A DNA stretch of 64,000 nt. It comes from an uncultured Actinomycetes bacterium. Its GTDB lineage: Bacteria > Actinomycetota > UBA4738 > JBBDTT01. The notes beneath the pieces were generated by a model. The model was not told the DNA's origin. It searched no databases and was given only the letters and a program-made list of their open reading frames with translations. How positions within the stretch are numbered: the stretch's first letter is position 1; the number at the start of each line of letters is the position of its first letter. The stretch spans positions 576,001 through 640,000 of the forward strand of contig CAVUMN010000004.1 of the NCBI GenBank assembly GCA_963742735.1, read 5' to 3'. Of the stretch, positions 1 to 7,866 are shown piece after piece. The position numbers and the translations under genes are program-made.

Positions 1-182
1 GGTTCGGCCGGTCCGACACCCGCCCGGCCCTGCGGCGGTTCTTCGAGGTGGACGCGGAGCACACAGTGGTCGCGGTCCTCTCCGCACTGTCCTCGATCGG
101 CGAGGTCAAGCCCGAGGCCGTGGCCGAGGCGATCAAGACCTACGACATCGATCCCGAGCGCGTGGCACCATTCCGATCGTGA
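1..182 (+). CDS. aceE: Pyruvate dehydrogenase E1 component, C-terminal fragment (5' truncated by window)
   Basis: Frame from nt 3 reads FGRSDTRPALRRFFEVDAEHTVVAVLSAL...YDIDPERVAPFRS*, the typical AceE C-terminus. TGA at 180-182 overlaps the GTG of the next gene. Not in the ORF track. Confidence 0.9.
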   Translation, partial: FGRSDTRPALRRFFEVDAEHTVVAVLSALSSIGEVKPEAVAEAIKTYDIDPERVAPFRS

Positions 183-655
183 TCGCGAAGGCTCGCGTCC
201 TGCTGCTGATCGTCGCGCTGTTCGCCATGGCCGCGTGCGGGGGCGGCGGCGGGACGCCCACCGGGTCGAGCCCCGAGGGCGACACCGTCACGCAGGATCC
301 CGCGAACGCCGAGGTGGACGCGGCCGCCGAGGCCCTGCTGAAGAACGCCCTGCGCGCGGCGAACGTGTACAACGGCGATAACGGCGACAGCTACGAGGGC
401 TTCGACGCCGCGGCCGGGGCGAAGGCGGACGAGGCCATCACCTGGGTGGACGGCACCGATCCGGAGGTGAGCCAGGTGTCCATTACCGACGTGACCAAGA
501 CGAACGTTCACCTGGTCACGCGCTCGGAGAGCGGGCTGTACTTCTGCCTGCGCAACCTCCTGCAGTTCGGACGCGGGGAGTACCTGACCGGCTTCGGGGC
601 GGCGTTCGCCGACGTGGACGAGCAGCCCGAGTGTCTGGGGGAGGGCGGGAACTGA
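179..655 (+). CDS. Lipoprotein with pilin-head-like domain
   Basis: Hydrophobic signal ending MAAC (lipobox), Gly/Thr linker, then LKNALRAANVY...SYEGF...TRSESGLYFC, resembling actinobacterial type IV pilin globular domains. Confidence 0.7.
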   Translation: MIAKARVLLLIVALFAMAACGGGGGTPTGSSPEGDTVTQDPANAEVDAAAEALLKNALRAANVYNGDNGDSYEGFDAAAGAKADEAITWVDGTDPEVSQVSITDVTKTNVHLVTRSESGLYFCLRNLLQFGRGEYLTGFGAAFADVDEQPECLGEGGN

Positions 656-659
656 CCCC

Positions 660-1439
660 TTAGGGGGTGTGAACCGGCTCGCCCCCGAGCGGCTTGATCT
701 CGACCTTCCCCCCGGCCTCCTCGACCAGGGACTGCGTGTACTTCTTCGTCATGACCCAGGTGGCCACCGCGAGCACGACGTTCATGCCAAGGACCACGGC
801 GACCTCCCACGGCTTGTTCACGTGCTCGGCGAGGCTCTCCGGCGGGACCTTGGCGTAGATGACCTGCTCGTTGTCGATGACCAGGAAGGTCAGCACGTAC
901 AGCGTGGCGATGACGCCCCAGTTCAGGATGGGCGCCCACGGGCGGGCGGCCTTCTTCTCGGGTGTGTTGTAGAGCTTCTGGAGCGCCCGGCGCGGCCCCA
1001 CGTCGAGGAACCGGTAGGCGACGATCCACCAGAGCAGCAGGTAGTAGTTGAACCAGACGAAGGCCGCGGCCGCGACGGCGATGTGCAGCGAGACCTCGAA
1101 CAGGTTGCGGAACACGACCCAGCCGCCGATCAGCTTGCCGAACGACTGGGGGTTGCGGTTGAGGAACGCGGCGATCGGCAGCGACGACGAAAGGATCGCC
1201 ACCCGCCCGCCCCAGTACCAGAGCGTGCTCTTGTTCGCGACGGACCACGGCCCGATCACGAACAGGTCCGCCGACACCACGATCATGTGCAGGGTGAAGA
1301 GCCGGACGGCGCCGCGGTTGGAGTAGAGCGGGTTGAGCAGGCTCGCCGGAGTGCGATAGGCCTGCCAGATGAGCCGCACGCCCACGCCGAACCCCCAGGC
1401 CAGCAGGGCCGTGTACACAATGGTGATCAGGACGTCGAT
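660..1439 (-). CDS. Multi-pass membrane protein of unknown function
   Basis: About 6-7 hydrophobic segments. The track starts at GTG 1418, but the frame extends to ATC at 1439 (IDVLITIVYTALL), which follows a TAGGCT -10 box. Confidence 0.75.
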   Translation of the reverse strand: MDVLITIVYTALLAWGFGVGVRLIWQAYRTPASLLNPLYSNRGAVRLFTLHMIVVSADLFVIGPWSVANKSTLWYWGGRVAILSSSLPIAAFLNRNPQSFGKLIGGWVVFRNLFEVSLHIAVAAAAFVWFNYYLLLWWIVAYRFLDVGPRRALQKLYNTPEKKAARPWAPILNWGVIATLYVLTFLVIDNEQVIYAKVPPESLAEHVNKPWEVAVVLGMNVVLAVATWVMTKKYTQSLVEEAGGKVEIKPLGGEPVHTP

Positions 1440-1518
1440 GGCGCCGCGAGCCTACCGCGATGGCGGTCGGACCGAAACGCCTTGACGGCGTCCGGACGCG
1501 GGGCTAGCGTCGCTCGCC

Positions 1519-2049
1519 GTGACCCTCGACGAGGCGCTTCGCGACCGGCGCATGGAGATCTGCCGCGGCCACATGACGGCCGAGAACGCCCACAACTTCG
1601 ACGACGCCATCGGGTTCTTCGCGCGTCCGCGCTACGAGGTCGTCGCCACCGGTGAGACCTACGAGGGCGCCTCGGGCGTCGAGCTGTTCCTGAACGAGAA
1701 CCTCAGCGCCTTCCCGGACTTCCACTACGACGTCGAACAGATGCATCACGCCGAGGACGCCATCGTGACCGAGGGCGTGTTCCGGGGCACCCACGAGGGC
1801 ACCTGGCGAGGCCTCCCCGCAACCGGGCGCAAGGTCGAGTTCCCGATGCTCCTCGTCTTCGCGTTCGAAGGGGAGGCGATGATGGGCGAGCGCGTCTTCT
1901 TCGACCTTCACACGGTCCTGCGCGAGCTGGGGATCGCCCGCGACCCCAACACCACCGGCGGAAAGATCGAGTCGATGCTGTTGCACCCGGTGACGATCGT
2001 GAAGGCGCTGTTCCGCAAGCTGAAGCGCCGGCCTGGGGCCAAGTCCTAG
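1519..2049 (+). CDS. SnoaL-like ester cyclase (NTF2 fold)
   Basis: AFPDFHY...GTHEGTWRGLPATGRKVEFP motif. TAGCGT -10 box 8 nt upstream of the GTG. Confidence 0.9.
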   Translation: MTLDEALRDRRMEICRGHMTAENAHNFDDAIGFFARPRYEVVATGETYEGASGVELFLNENLSAFPDFHYDVEQMHHAEDAIVTEGVFRGTHEGTWRGLPATGRKVEFPMLLVFAFEGEAMMGERVFFDLHTVLRELGIARDPNTTGGKIESMLLHPVTIVKALFRKLKRRPGAKS

Positions 2050-3263
2050 CCCACGAACACCTGGACGAAGGCGGTCGCCTTCGCCCCCCTGTCGTCCACC
2101 ACCGTAAGGACCGCGGTGAACGTGCCGGGGCCGTCGTAGGTGTGCCCGATCGACGAGGGCGGTGCCCCCTTCCCCTGGGTGGAGGTCTTGTCGTCGAACG
2201 AGAGGTCCCAGGAGGCGATCGCGCCGTCTGGGTCCCCCGTCCCCTTCGTCGAGAAGGTGACGTCGAGCGGGACGTCGCCTTGCTCGGGGTCCGCCTTCAG
2301 CACGGCCACCGGCGGAGCGTTGGGCGGCGGCGGTTTGGAGACGGCAACCGTCACGGCGTCGTCCGCCGTCGTCCCCGTTTCGGAGGTCACGACCAGGCGG
2401 GCGGTGAACATGCCGGGCTCCGCGTAGGTGTGCTCGATGACGCCGGGCCGGCCGGCCGAGACCTCGGACGCTCCGTCGCCGAACTCGAGCTGGAACGAGG
2501 CGACCCGGCCCCCCGTCGCTCCGGACCCCGATCCGTCGAAGGCGACCTGGAGGGGAGCGTCGCCGGCCGCGGGCGAGGCGTGCAGCACGGCCCAGAGGGA
2601 CTCCCTCGGCGGCTTCTTGACGCCCGCCTTGGACGGCGTCACGGCTGGTTCGTCGACCGCGATTCCGCCGGCGGGCTCCGAGGGAACGTCGCCGCGCGGT
2701 CCCACCAGCATCAGGATCAGGACCGCGATCAGGGCTACCGTGCCGCCTCCCACCAGGCCTCCGACCAGTGCAGCGCGGCGGCAGGAGGCCCGGCTGGTGG
2801 AGGGCGCGTCCGGGGGTGCCCCCGAGCTCCAGTCCCACCCGGCGCACGACAGCTCCAGCTTCTGGACGGAGGACCCCGTCTCCGGTGCCCAGGGCCCGGC
2901 CTCGTAGCGAACGACCGTGGCGTCGAAGACGGTGTGCGCAGCGGTCCGAGCTCCGCCCTCGTCCAGCACCTCGATCTCCAGGTCGAGGGCCGTCGCCTGG
3001 TCTCCACTCCGCGCCCAGCGATCGAACGCCTCGTCCAGCACCGAGCCGGCCTCAAGGACCAGCGCGCGTCCCGACCCCTCCATCTTCTGTGGCGTGCCCG
3101 CCCGCACCCTGGACTCGACGCGGTCGCGCATGGTCGCTGCGGAGGCCTTGACCCGGTCCCAGGGGCTGAGCCCCTCGGCCTCGGCGAAGGAGGCCACAGC
3201 CCGTCCCTCCAGGAGGATGCGGAAGCGTCCGCCTGAGGAGCTCGGGGCGGATGGGGCGCTGAT
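2046..3263 (-). CDS. Membrane protein: N-terminal gp19-like tail-tube domain, one TM helix, two PKD domains
   Basis: Two PKD repeats (FGDG...HTYAEPGMFTARLVVT; FDD...HTYDGPGTFTAVLTVVDDRG) and TM ALVGGLVGGGTVALIAVLILMLV. The frame is open to ATC 3263, 8 nt after AAGGAGG. The N-terminus follows the tail-tube pattern (see findings). Confidence 0.75.
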   Translation of the reverse strand: MSAPSAPSSSGGRFRILLEGRAVASFAEAEGLSPWDRVKASAATMRDRVESRVRAGTPQKMEGSGRALVLEAGSVLDEAFDRWARSGDQATALDLEIEVLDEGGARTAAHTVFDATVVRYEAGPWAPETGSSVQKLELSCAGWDWSSGAPPDAPSTSRASCRRAALVGGLVGGGTVALIAVLILMLVGPRGDVPSEPAGGIAVDEPAVTPSKAGVKKPPRESLWAVLHASPAAGDAPLQVAFDGSGSGATGGRVASFQLEFGDGASEVSAGRPGVIEHTYAEPGMFTARLVVTSETGTTADDAVTVAVSKPPPPNAPPVAVLKADPEQGDVPLDVTFSTKGTGDPDGAIASWDLSFDDKTSTQGKGAPPSSIGHTYDGPGTFTAVLTVVDDRGAKATAFVQVFVG

Positions 3264-3276
3264 CGGAGGTGCCTCC

Positions 3277-5142
3277 TTACCCCGGCGGGCTTCCGACCCG
3301 CCGCCAGGGCGCGAATGCGTTCGTGACCCCCTGGAGGGCCGGCCGGAGCTCCGGGTAGTGGCGAAGCAGGATCGTCTTCATCGTGGTGTTGTCGATCCAT
3401 TCCAGCCCGGCCTGCGTGTAGACCTCCGGGCGATAGTCGGTCGTCAGGAACCGGTCGCTGTTCAGCCGGCGTGACGCCATCAGGACGAACACTCGAAACG
3501 CGGTGTCGCTGAACCCGAACCCCTTCGGGGGCTGCTCGCCGTACATGCCTACCATCAGGTCGACCCGCTCGAGGTCACCGTCGTACACCTGCCGCAGCTG
3601 CTGCTGCCACTCGGGGTTGGGGGTGAGGGTCTCGAACGACTCCACCGGCTTCAGGTGGAACAGGCGGCGAAACTGGTTGTAGCGCGGCACGCCCCGCTCG
3701 CGGATGCGCAGGATGTCCGTCGCGGCCAGATCGAGGATCGTGCCGTCCGGCCGTTCCAGGTGTTGCATGAACCGCGGGTAGTTGTGCAGCTGGATGGCGC
3801 CGGGGTTCGCGATCCCGAACGAGTACAGCGCGTCCGCGACGGAGATCGACTCCAGGCGCTCCTGGACGTGCAGGGCGTTCAGCTCCGGAAACGTCCGCTC
3901 CTCGATCAGCTCATCGTTCGCGATCCGGCGGAACGTGTAGTCGTCCGGGATGAGCGGGTGCATCCGGTACACGGCCGTGAACTCCTCGGTCAGCGAGTAG
4001 GGAACGCGGAAGTGGTCCGTCTCGGCCCCAGGGATGCCGCTGATCACCTCGCTCTTGCTGATGCGCCCCCGGCGCTTCTTCACCTTCTCGCCGGCCATGC
4101 CCCACCAGTTGACGCGCATGGCCAGCTGGCTGGTGGGGTGGGCGATGATCGCCGGGGTCCACTCCACCGTGTGGATCTTCGCCATCAACGCCGCGTTGAT
4201 CAGCCGCGCCCGGTGGTACAGCTCGTCGTCGGTCCAGCTGGGGTACTCGGACTTGAGCCGGTCACAGATCGCGTTGTGCTCTCGCATGAACAGCGTGTGG
4301 AGCAGCGCGAGGCCCACCCAGAAGTTGCCGGCAACGTCGGCCAGGTCCAGCCCCTGCTGCAGGTCCGCCGGGGGGAGCCCGTCCGGCCCGATGCGAAGCT
4401 TGCCGTCCTCGTTGGCCCGCACCTTGGCCGCGAACTCCGGGTTGTTCCCGTAGATCTGTGAGCCGTCCCACCAGTGGCTGTCGTTCGTGACGAACGCGGG
4501 CGGTTCGCCGTTGTCGACCCAGGAGGGGTCGCGCCGGGCGCGGGGGATCCGCATCGGCGTCTCCGGCCAGGCATCGCCCTCCCGCAGCTCGATCTCCCAC
4601 GCCGTCTCCCAGTCCCCCTTGCCGTGGCTGAACCAGTCGTGGACCTCGAACTGGATCCACGCCGCAGCCAGGACGTTGACGATCGTCGCCGGAACGAATG
4701 TGTCTCGGGTCAGCAGCTCTCGGCTCACCGTGCGCGGGTTGGGAGAGAGCAGGCTCTCCTCGCTCTCCGGGAATGCGTTGGCCAGGGGGATGTTGCGGCC
4801 GAACCGCGTCCCTGCCGCGCCCATCGCGGGGTTGCTCAGGTCGTTGAAGGTTCCGTCGAGGGTGCGGGCCTTCAGGTACTGCACCTCCACCGACCGGGGC
4901 GGCAGGGAGTCCTTGAAGGGGGCCGCGCTGTCGTTGTCGACCAGGTTCTCGCGGCGCAGCCGGTCTCGCACGCCGGCCAGGGTCAGCAGTCCCAGGTACT
5001 TCGGAAGTCGATCCCAGCCGAATCTGCGATCCAGCCGCGAGGCGATGTTCTGAACGATCCGGCCGCCGGTGGAGTGAGGGTCCACGAGGGTTCCTTCCTG
5101 TGGAAACGGGACGTGAAGGTTTCGCTTTGAGCTTTTTCGCAT
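3277..5142 (-). CDS. Heme peroxidase-cyclooxygenase superfamily enzyme, fatty-acid alpha-dioxygenase-like
   Basis: RTLDGTFNDL, WIQFEVHDW (distal His), WWDGSQIYG, AKIHTVEWT, EEFTAVYRMH (Tyr and proximal His), RERGVPRYNQFRR. The true start may be the GTG near 5086. Confidence 0.9.
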   Translation of the reverse strand: MRKSSKRNLHVPFPQEGTLVDPHSTGGRIVQNIASRLDRRFGWDRLPKYLGLLTLAGVRDRLRRENLVDNDSAAPFKDSLPPRSVEVQYLKARTLDGTFNDLSNPAMGAAGTRFGRNIPLANAFPESEESLLSPNPRTVSRELLTRDTFVPATIVNVLAAAWIQFEVHDWFSHGKGDWETAWEIELREGDAWPETPMRIPRARRDPSWVDNGEPPAFVTNDSHWWDGSQIYGNNPEFAAKVRANEDGKLRIGPDGLPPADLQQGLDLADVAGNFWVGLALLHTLFMREHNAICDRLKSEYPSWTDDELYHRARLINAALMAKIHTVEWTPAIIAHPTSQLAMRVNWWGMAGEKVKKRRGRISKSEVISGIPGAETDHFRVPYSLTEEFTAVYRMHPLIPDDYTFRRIANDELIEERTFPELNALHVQERLESISVADALYSFGIANPGAIQLHNYPRFMQHLERPDGTILDLAATDILRIRERGVPRYNQFRRLFHLKPVESFETLTPNPEWQQQLRQVYDGDLERVDLMVGMYGEQPPKGFGFSDTAFRVFVLMASRRLNSDRFLTTDYRPEVYTQAGLEWIDNTTMKTILLRHYPELRPALQGVTNAFAPWRRVGSPPG

Positions 5143-5184
5143 CCTACGCGCAGACCCGAGGGGCCCGCCAGGGAACCGTGGCGG

Positions 5185-6768
5185 CTACAGGACCTCGGCG
5201 GCCTCGGCTCTGGCCTGCTGCTCGCCGGGCTGTTCGCCCACGTGCTCGCGCTGGGGCGCGCCCGACGGGATGAACCGGAAGGCGATCACGGCCGCGGCGA
5301 AGAGGACCGCGGAGGCGACGAGGAGCGCGAGGTGGAACCCGTCCAGGAACGCCCCACCGAACGCCGCCTGCACCGCCCCGACCTGCTGGGGGTTCAGCCC
5401 CTCGAGCAGCGCCGGGTCCAGGCGTCCGTGGCCGGCCGACGCCACGATCGCCGTCTGCTGCGCCGCGGGGAGGCCGAGGCCCGCGATCGTCGTGGTCAGC
5501 GAGGACTTGAGCTTGGTCGTGAGCAGCGTCCCCAGCAGGGCGATGCCGAACGTTCCCCCGACCTCGCGTGAGGTGTTGGTGGTCGCCGACCCGAGGCCCG
5601 CCCGCTGCGGTCCGACCGCGTTCATGACCGCCGCGGTCATCGGCGTCATCGTCGAGGCCATCCCGATGCCCATCACCATGAAGATCGGCAGGATCACCGC
5701 GAACGACGTGTCCGGGCCGATCCGGCTCAACAAGAACAGTCCCGTTCCGGCGAGGGTCAGGCCGAACACCATCGGCCACTTCGACCCGATCTTCGACGCG
5801 AGCCGGCCCGCGTTGGGCGCGACCAGGATGATCATGACCGTCATCGGCAGGAACCGGACACCGGTCTCGAAGGGCGAGTAGCCCCGGATGAGCTGCATGT
5901 ACAGGCTGGTGAAGAAGAAGATTCCGAACATCCCGAGGGACAGCGAGAACGCGACGGCGTTGCCCGCCGCGAACGAGGGGATCCGGAAGAACGACAACGG
6001 CAGCATCGCGTGTTCGTTGCGGTGCTCCCACCAGATGAAGGCCGCGAAGAGCGCCGCCGAGAGCACCAGGCTTCCCACGATCACGGGATCGCCCCATCCG
6101 CGCTGGTTGGCCTGGATCAGCCCGTAGGTCACGGCGAACAGCCCGCCGCTGCCCAGGACGAGCCCGGTGATGTCCAGGTGCCGCAGCTCCGAGGAGACCG
6201 ACTCCTTGACCACGCGGCTGGCCACGATGAAGCCGACGATCCCGATGGGCACGTTGAGGAAGAAGATCGACTCCCAGCCGACGTGCTCGATCATCCAACC
6301 GCCGAGTGTCGGTCCCAGGGCGAGCGCCAGGCCGGACACACCGGCCCACATGCCGATCGCCTTCGCCCGCTCGTGCGCCGGGAAGGTGACCGTGATGATC
6401 GACAGCGTCCCGGGCATCAGGAGCGCCGCGCCGATGCCCTGCAGCGCGCGGAACGCGATCAGCTGGCCGGTGGACTGGGAGAGCCCGCACAGCAGCGAGG
6501 AGGCGGTGAAGACCGCGAGGCCCAGCAGGAACATGCGCTTGCGCCCGTAGCGGTCGCCCAGGATCCCGCCGGTGAGCAGCAGGCTCGCGAACGCCAGGAC
6601 GTAGCCGTCCACGATCCACTGCAGGCCGCTGACGCCCGCGTTGAGCTCGCGAGACAGTGTGGGCAGGGCCACATTGACGACGGTGTTGTCGAGCATCGCC
6701 ATGAACAGCGCGAAGCACATCGTCAGCAGGACGAGGATCTTCTCGCGCTTGTTCTCGCCTTCGAACAT
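5185..6768 (-). CDS. DHA2 (EmrB/QacA) MFS efflux transporter
   Basis: LDNTVVNVALP, GILGDRYGRKR (motif A), WESIFFLNVPIG; about 14 TM segments. Confidence 0.95.
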   Translation of the reverse strand: MFEGENKREKILVLLTMCFALFMAMLDNTVVNVALPTLSRELNAGVSGLQWIVDGYVLAFASLLLTGGILGDRYGRKRMFLLGLAVFTASSLLCGLSQSTGQLIAFRALQGIGAALLMPGTLSIITVTFPAHERAKAIGMWAGVSGLALALGPTLGGWMIEHVGWESIFFLNVPIGIVGFIVASRVVKESVSSELRHLDITGLVLGSGGLFAVTYGLIQANQRGWGDPVIVGSLVLSAALFAAFIWWEHRNEHAMLPLSFFRIPSFAAGNAVAFSLSLGMFGIFFFTSLYMQLIRGYSPFETGVRFLPMTVMIILVAPNAGRLASKIGSKWPMVFGLTLAGTGLFLLSRIGPDTSFAVILPIFMVMGIGMASTMTPMTAAVMNAVGPQRAGLGSATTNTSREVGGTFGIALLGTLLTTKLKSSLTTTIAGLGLPAAQQTAIVASAGHGRLDPALLEGLNPQQVGAVQAAFGGAFLDGFHLALLVASAVLFAAAVIAFRFIPSGAPQREHVGEQPGEQQARAEAAEVL

Positions 6769-6849
6769 CCGGGCACCCCTCGCTTTCCAGGCCGAAGGTT
6801 AGTCGCGATCCGAAGAATGGCCGGTGCGGGCCGGGATACGCTCGCGCCG

Positions 6850-7866
6850 ATGGCGCTCGCCGACGTGCTCGAGGGAGTCCTGGTCGTGGACCTGTCCGTG
6901 ACCGCGCCCGGTCCGTACTGCACGTCGCTCCTGCGCCGGATGGGGGCGCGGGTGGTGAAGTTCGAGCCGCCCACCGGCGACCCCGCGCGACAGTTCGTCC
7001 GGACGTACGAGGCGCTGAACCGCGGCAAGGAGAGCGTGGTGGTCGACCTGTCGCTGCCGGAGGACCTCGCGATGGTCCGGTCGGCGGCGGCCCGGGCCGA
7101 GGTGTTCGTCGAAGGGTGGCGGCCGGGCGTGGCCGAGCGGCGCGGCCTGGGGCCGGACGTGCTCCTGGCCGAGAACCCGCGCCTCGTTTACTGCTCGATC
7201 TCCGGGTACGGCGCGGCGAGCCCGCTTCGCGACCGTGCCGGCCACGACCTGAACTTCGTCGCCGCCAGCGGCATGGCGAGCCTGCTCGCGCGCAACGCCG
7301 ATCCGGTGCCGCCCGGGGCGCCGCTGGCGGACCTGGCCGGCGGCACGTTCGGCGCTCTCGCGGTCCTGGCCGGGGTGATCGGGGCCCGCGCCACCGGGAC
7401 CGGCGGCTACTACGACGTGTCGATGGCCGGCGCGCTCCGGGACTGGGTGGACTCCATCGGGGGCGCCGAGACCGTGGTTTCGCGCAACCCGCTCGACGAC
7501 GTCCCGCACTACGGGATCTTCGCGACGTCCGACGGACACCACCTGAGCCTGGCCGTCGTCTACGAGACCTCGCTGTGGGAGGGACTGTGCGACGCGCTCG
7601 GCATGGGTGACGTCCGCAACCTGACGTTCGCCGAGCGCGTGTCCGCCCCACAGCTCCGCGACCGGATCGCGAAGGTGGTCGGCGAACGCCCGCGGGCCCT
7701 GCTCGAGGCCGACCTGTCCGCGGTCAATACGTGCTGGGCGTTCGTCGACCCGCCGGGACTCGCCGCGGTGGAGGCGTTCCTGCCTCCGGCTGCGGAGCCC
7801 AGCCCCGCCCTGGGTGCGCACACCGAATCGGTGCGGGCCGAGCTCAGCGCCACTCGACCAGGGTGA
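6850..7866 (+). CDS. Family III CoA-transferase (CaiB/BaiF)
   Basis: VVDLS..APGPYC, GARVVKFEPPTGDPAR, NRGKESV, YCSISGYG, AGHDLNF, ADLAGG. ATG at 6850 lies 7 nt after TACGCT. Confidence 0.92.
   Translation: MALADVLEGVLVVDLSVTAPGPYCTSLLRRMGARVVKFEPPTGDPARQFVRTYEALNRGKESVVVDLSLPEDLAMVRSAAARAEVFVEGWRPGVAERRGLGPDVLLAENPRLVYCSISGYGAASPLRDRAGHDLNFVAASGMASLLARNADPVPPGAPLADLAGGTFGALAVLAGVIGARATGTGGYYDVSMAGALRDWVDSIGGAETVVSRNPLDDVPHYGIFATSDGHHLSLAVVYETSLWEGLCDALGMGDVRNLTFAERVSAPQLRDRIAKVVGERPRALLEADLSAVNTCWAFVDPPGLAAVEAFLPPAAEPSPALGAHTESVRAELSATRPG

Noticed and set aside
2046-3263. Prophage or eCIS locus
   Set aside because: No sheath, baseplate, spike, terminase or integrase in the window.
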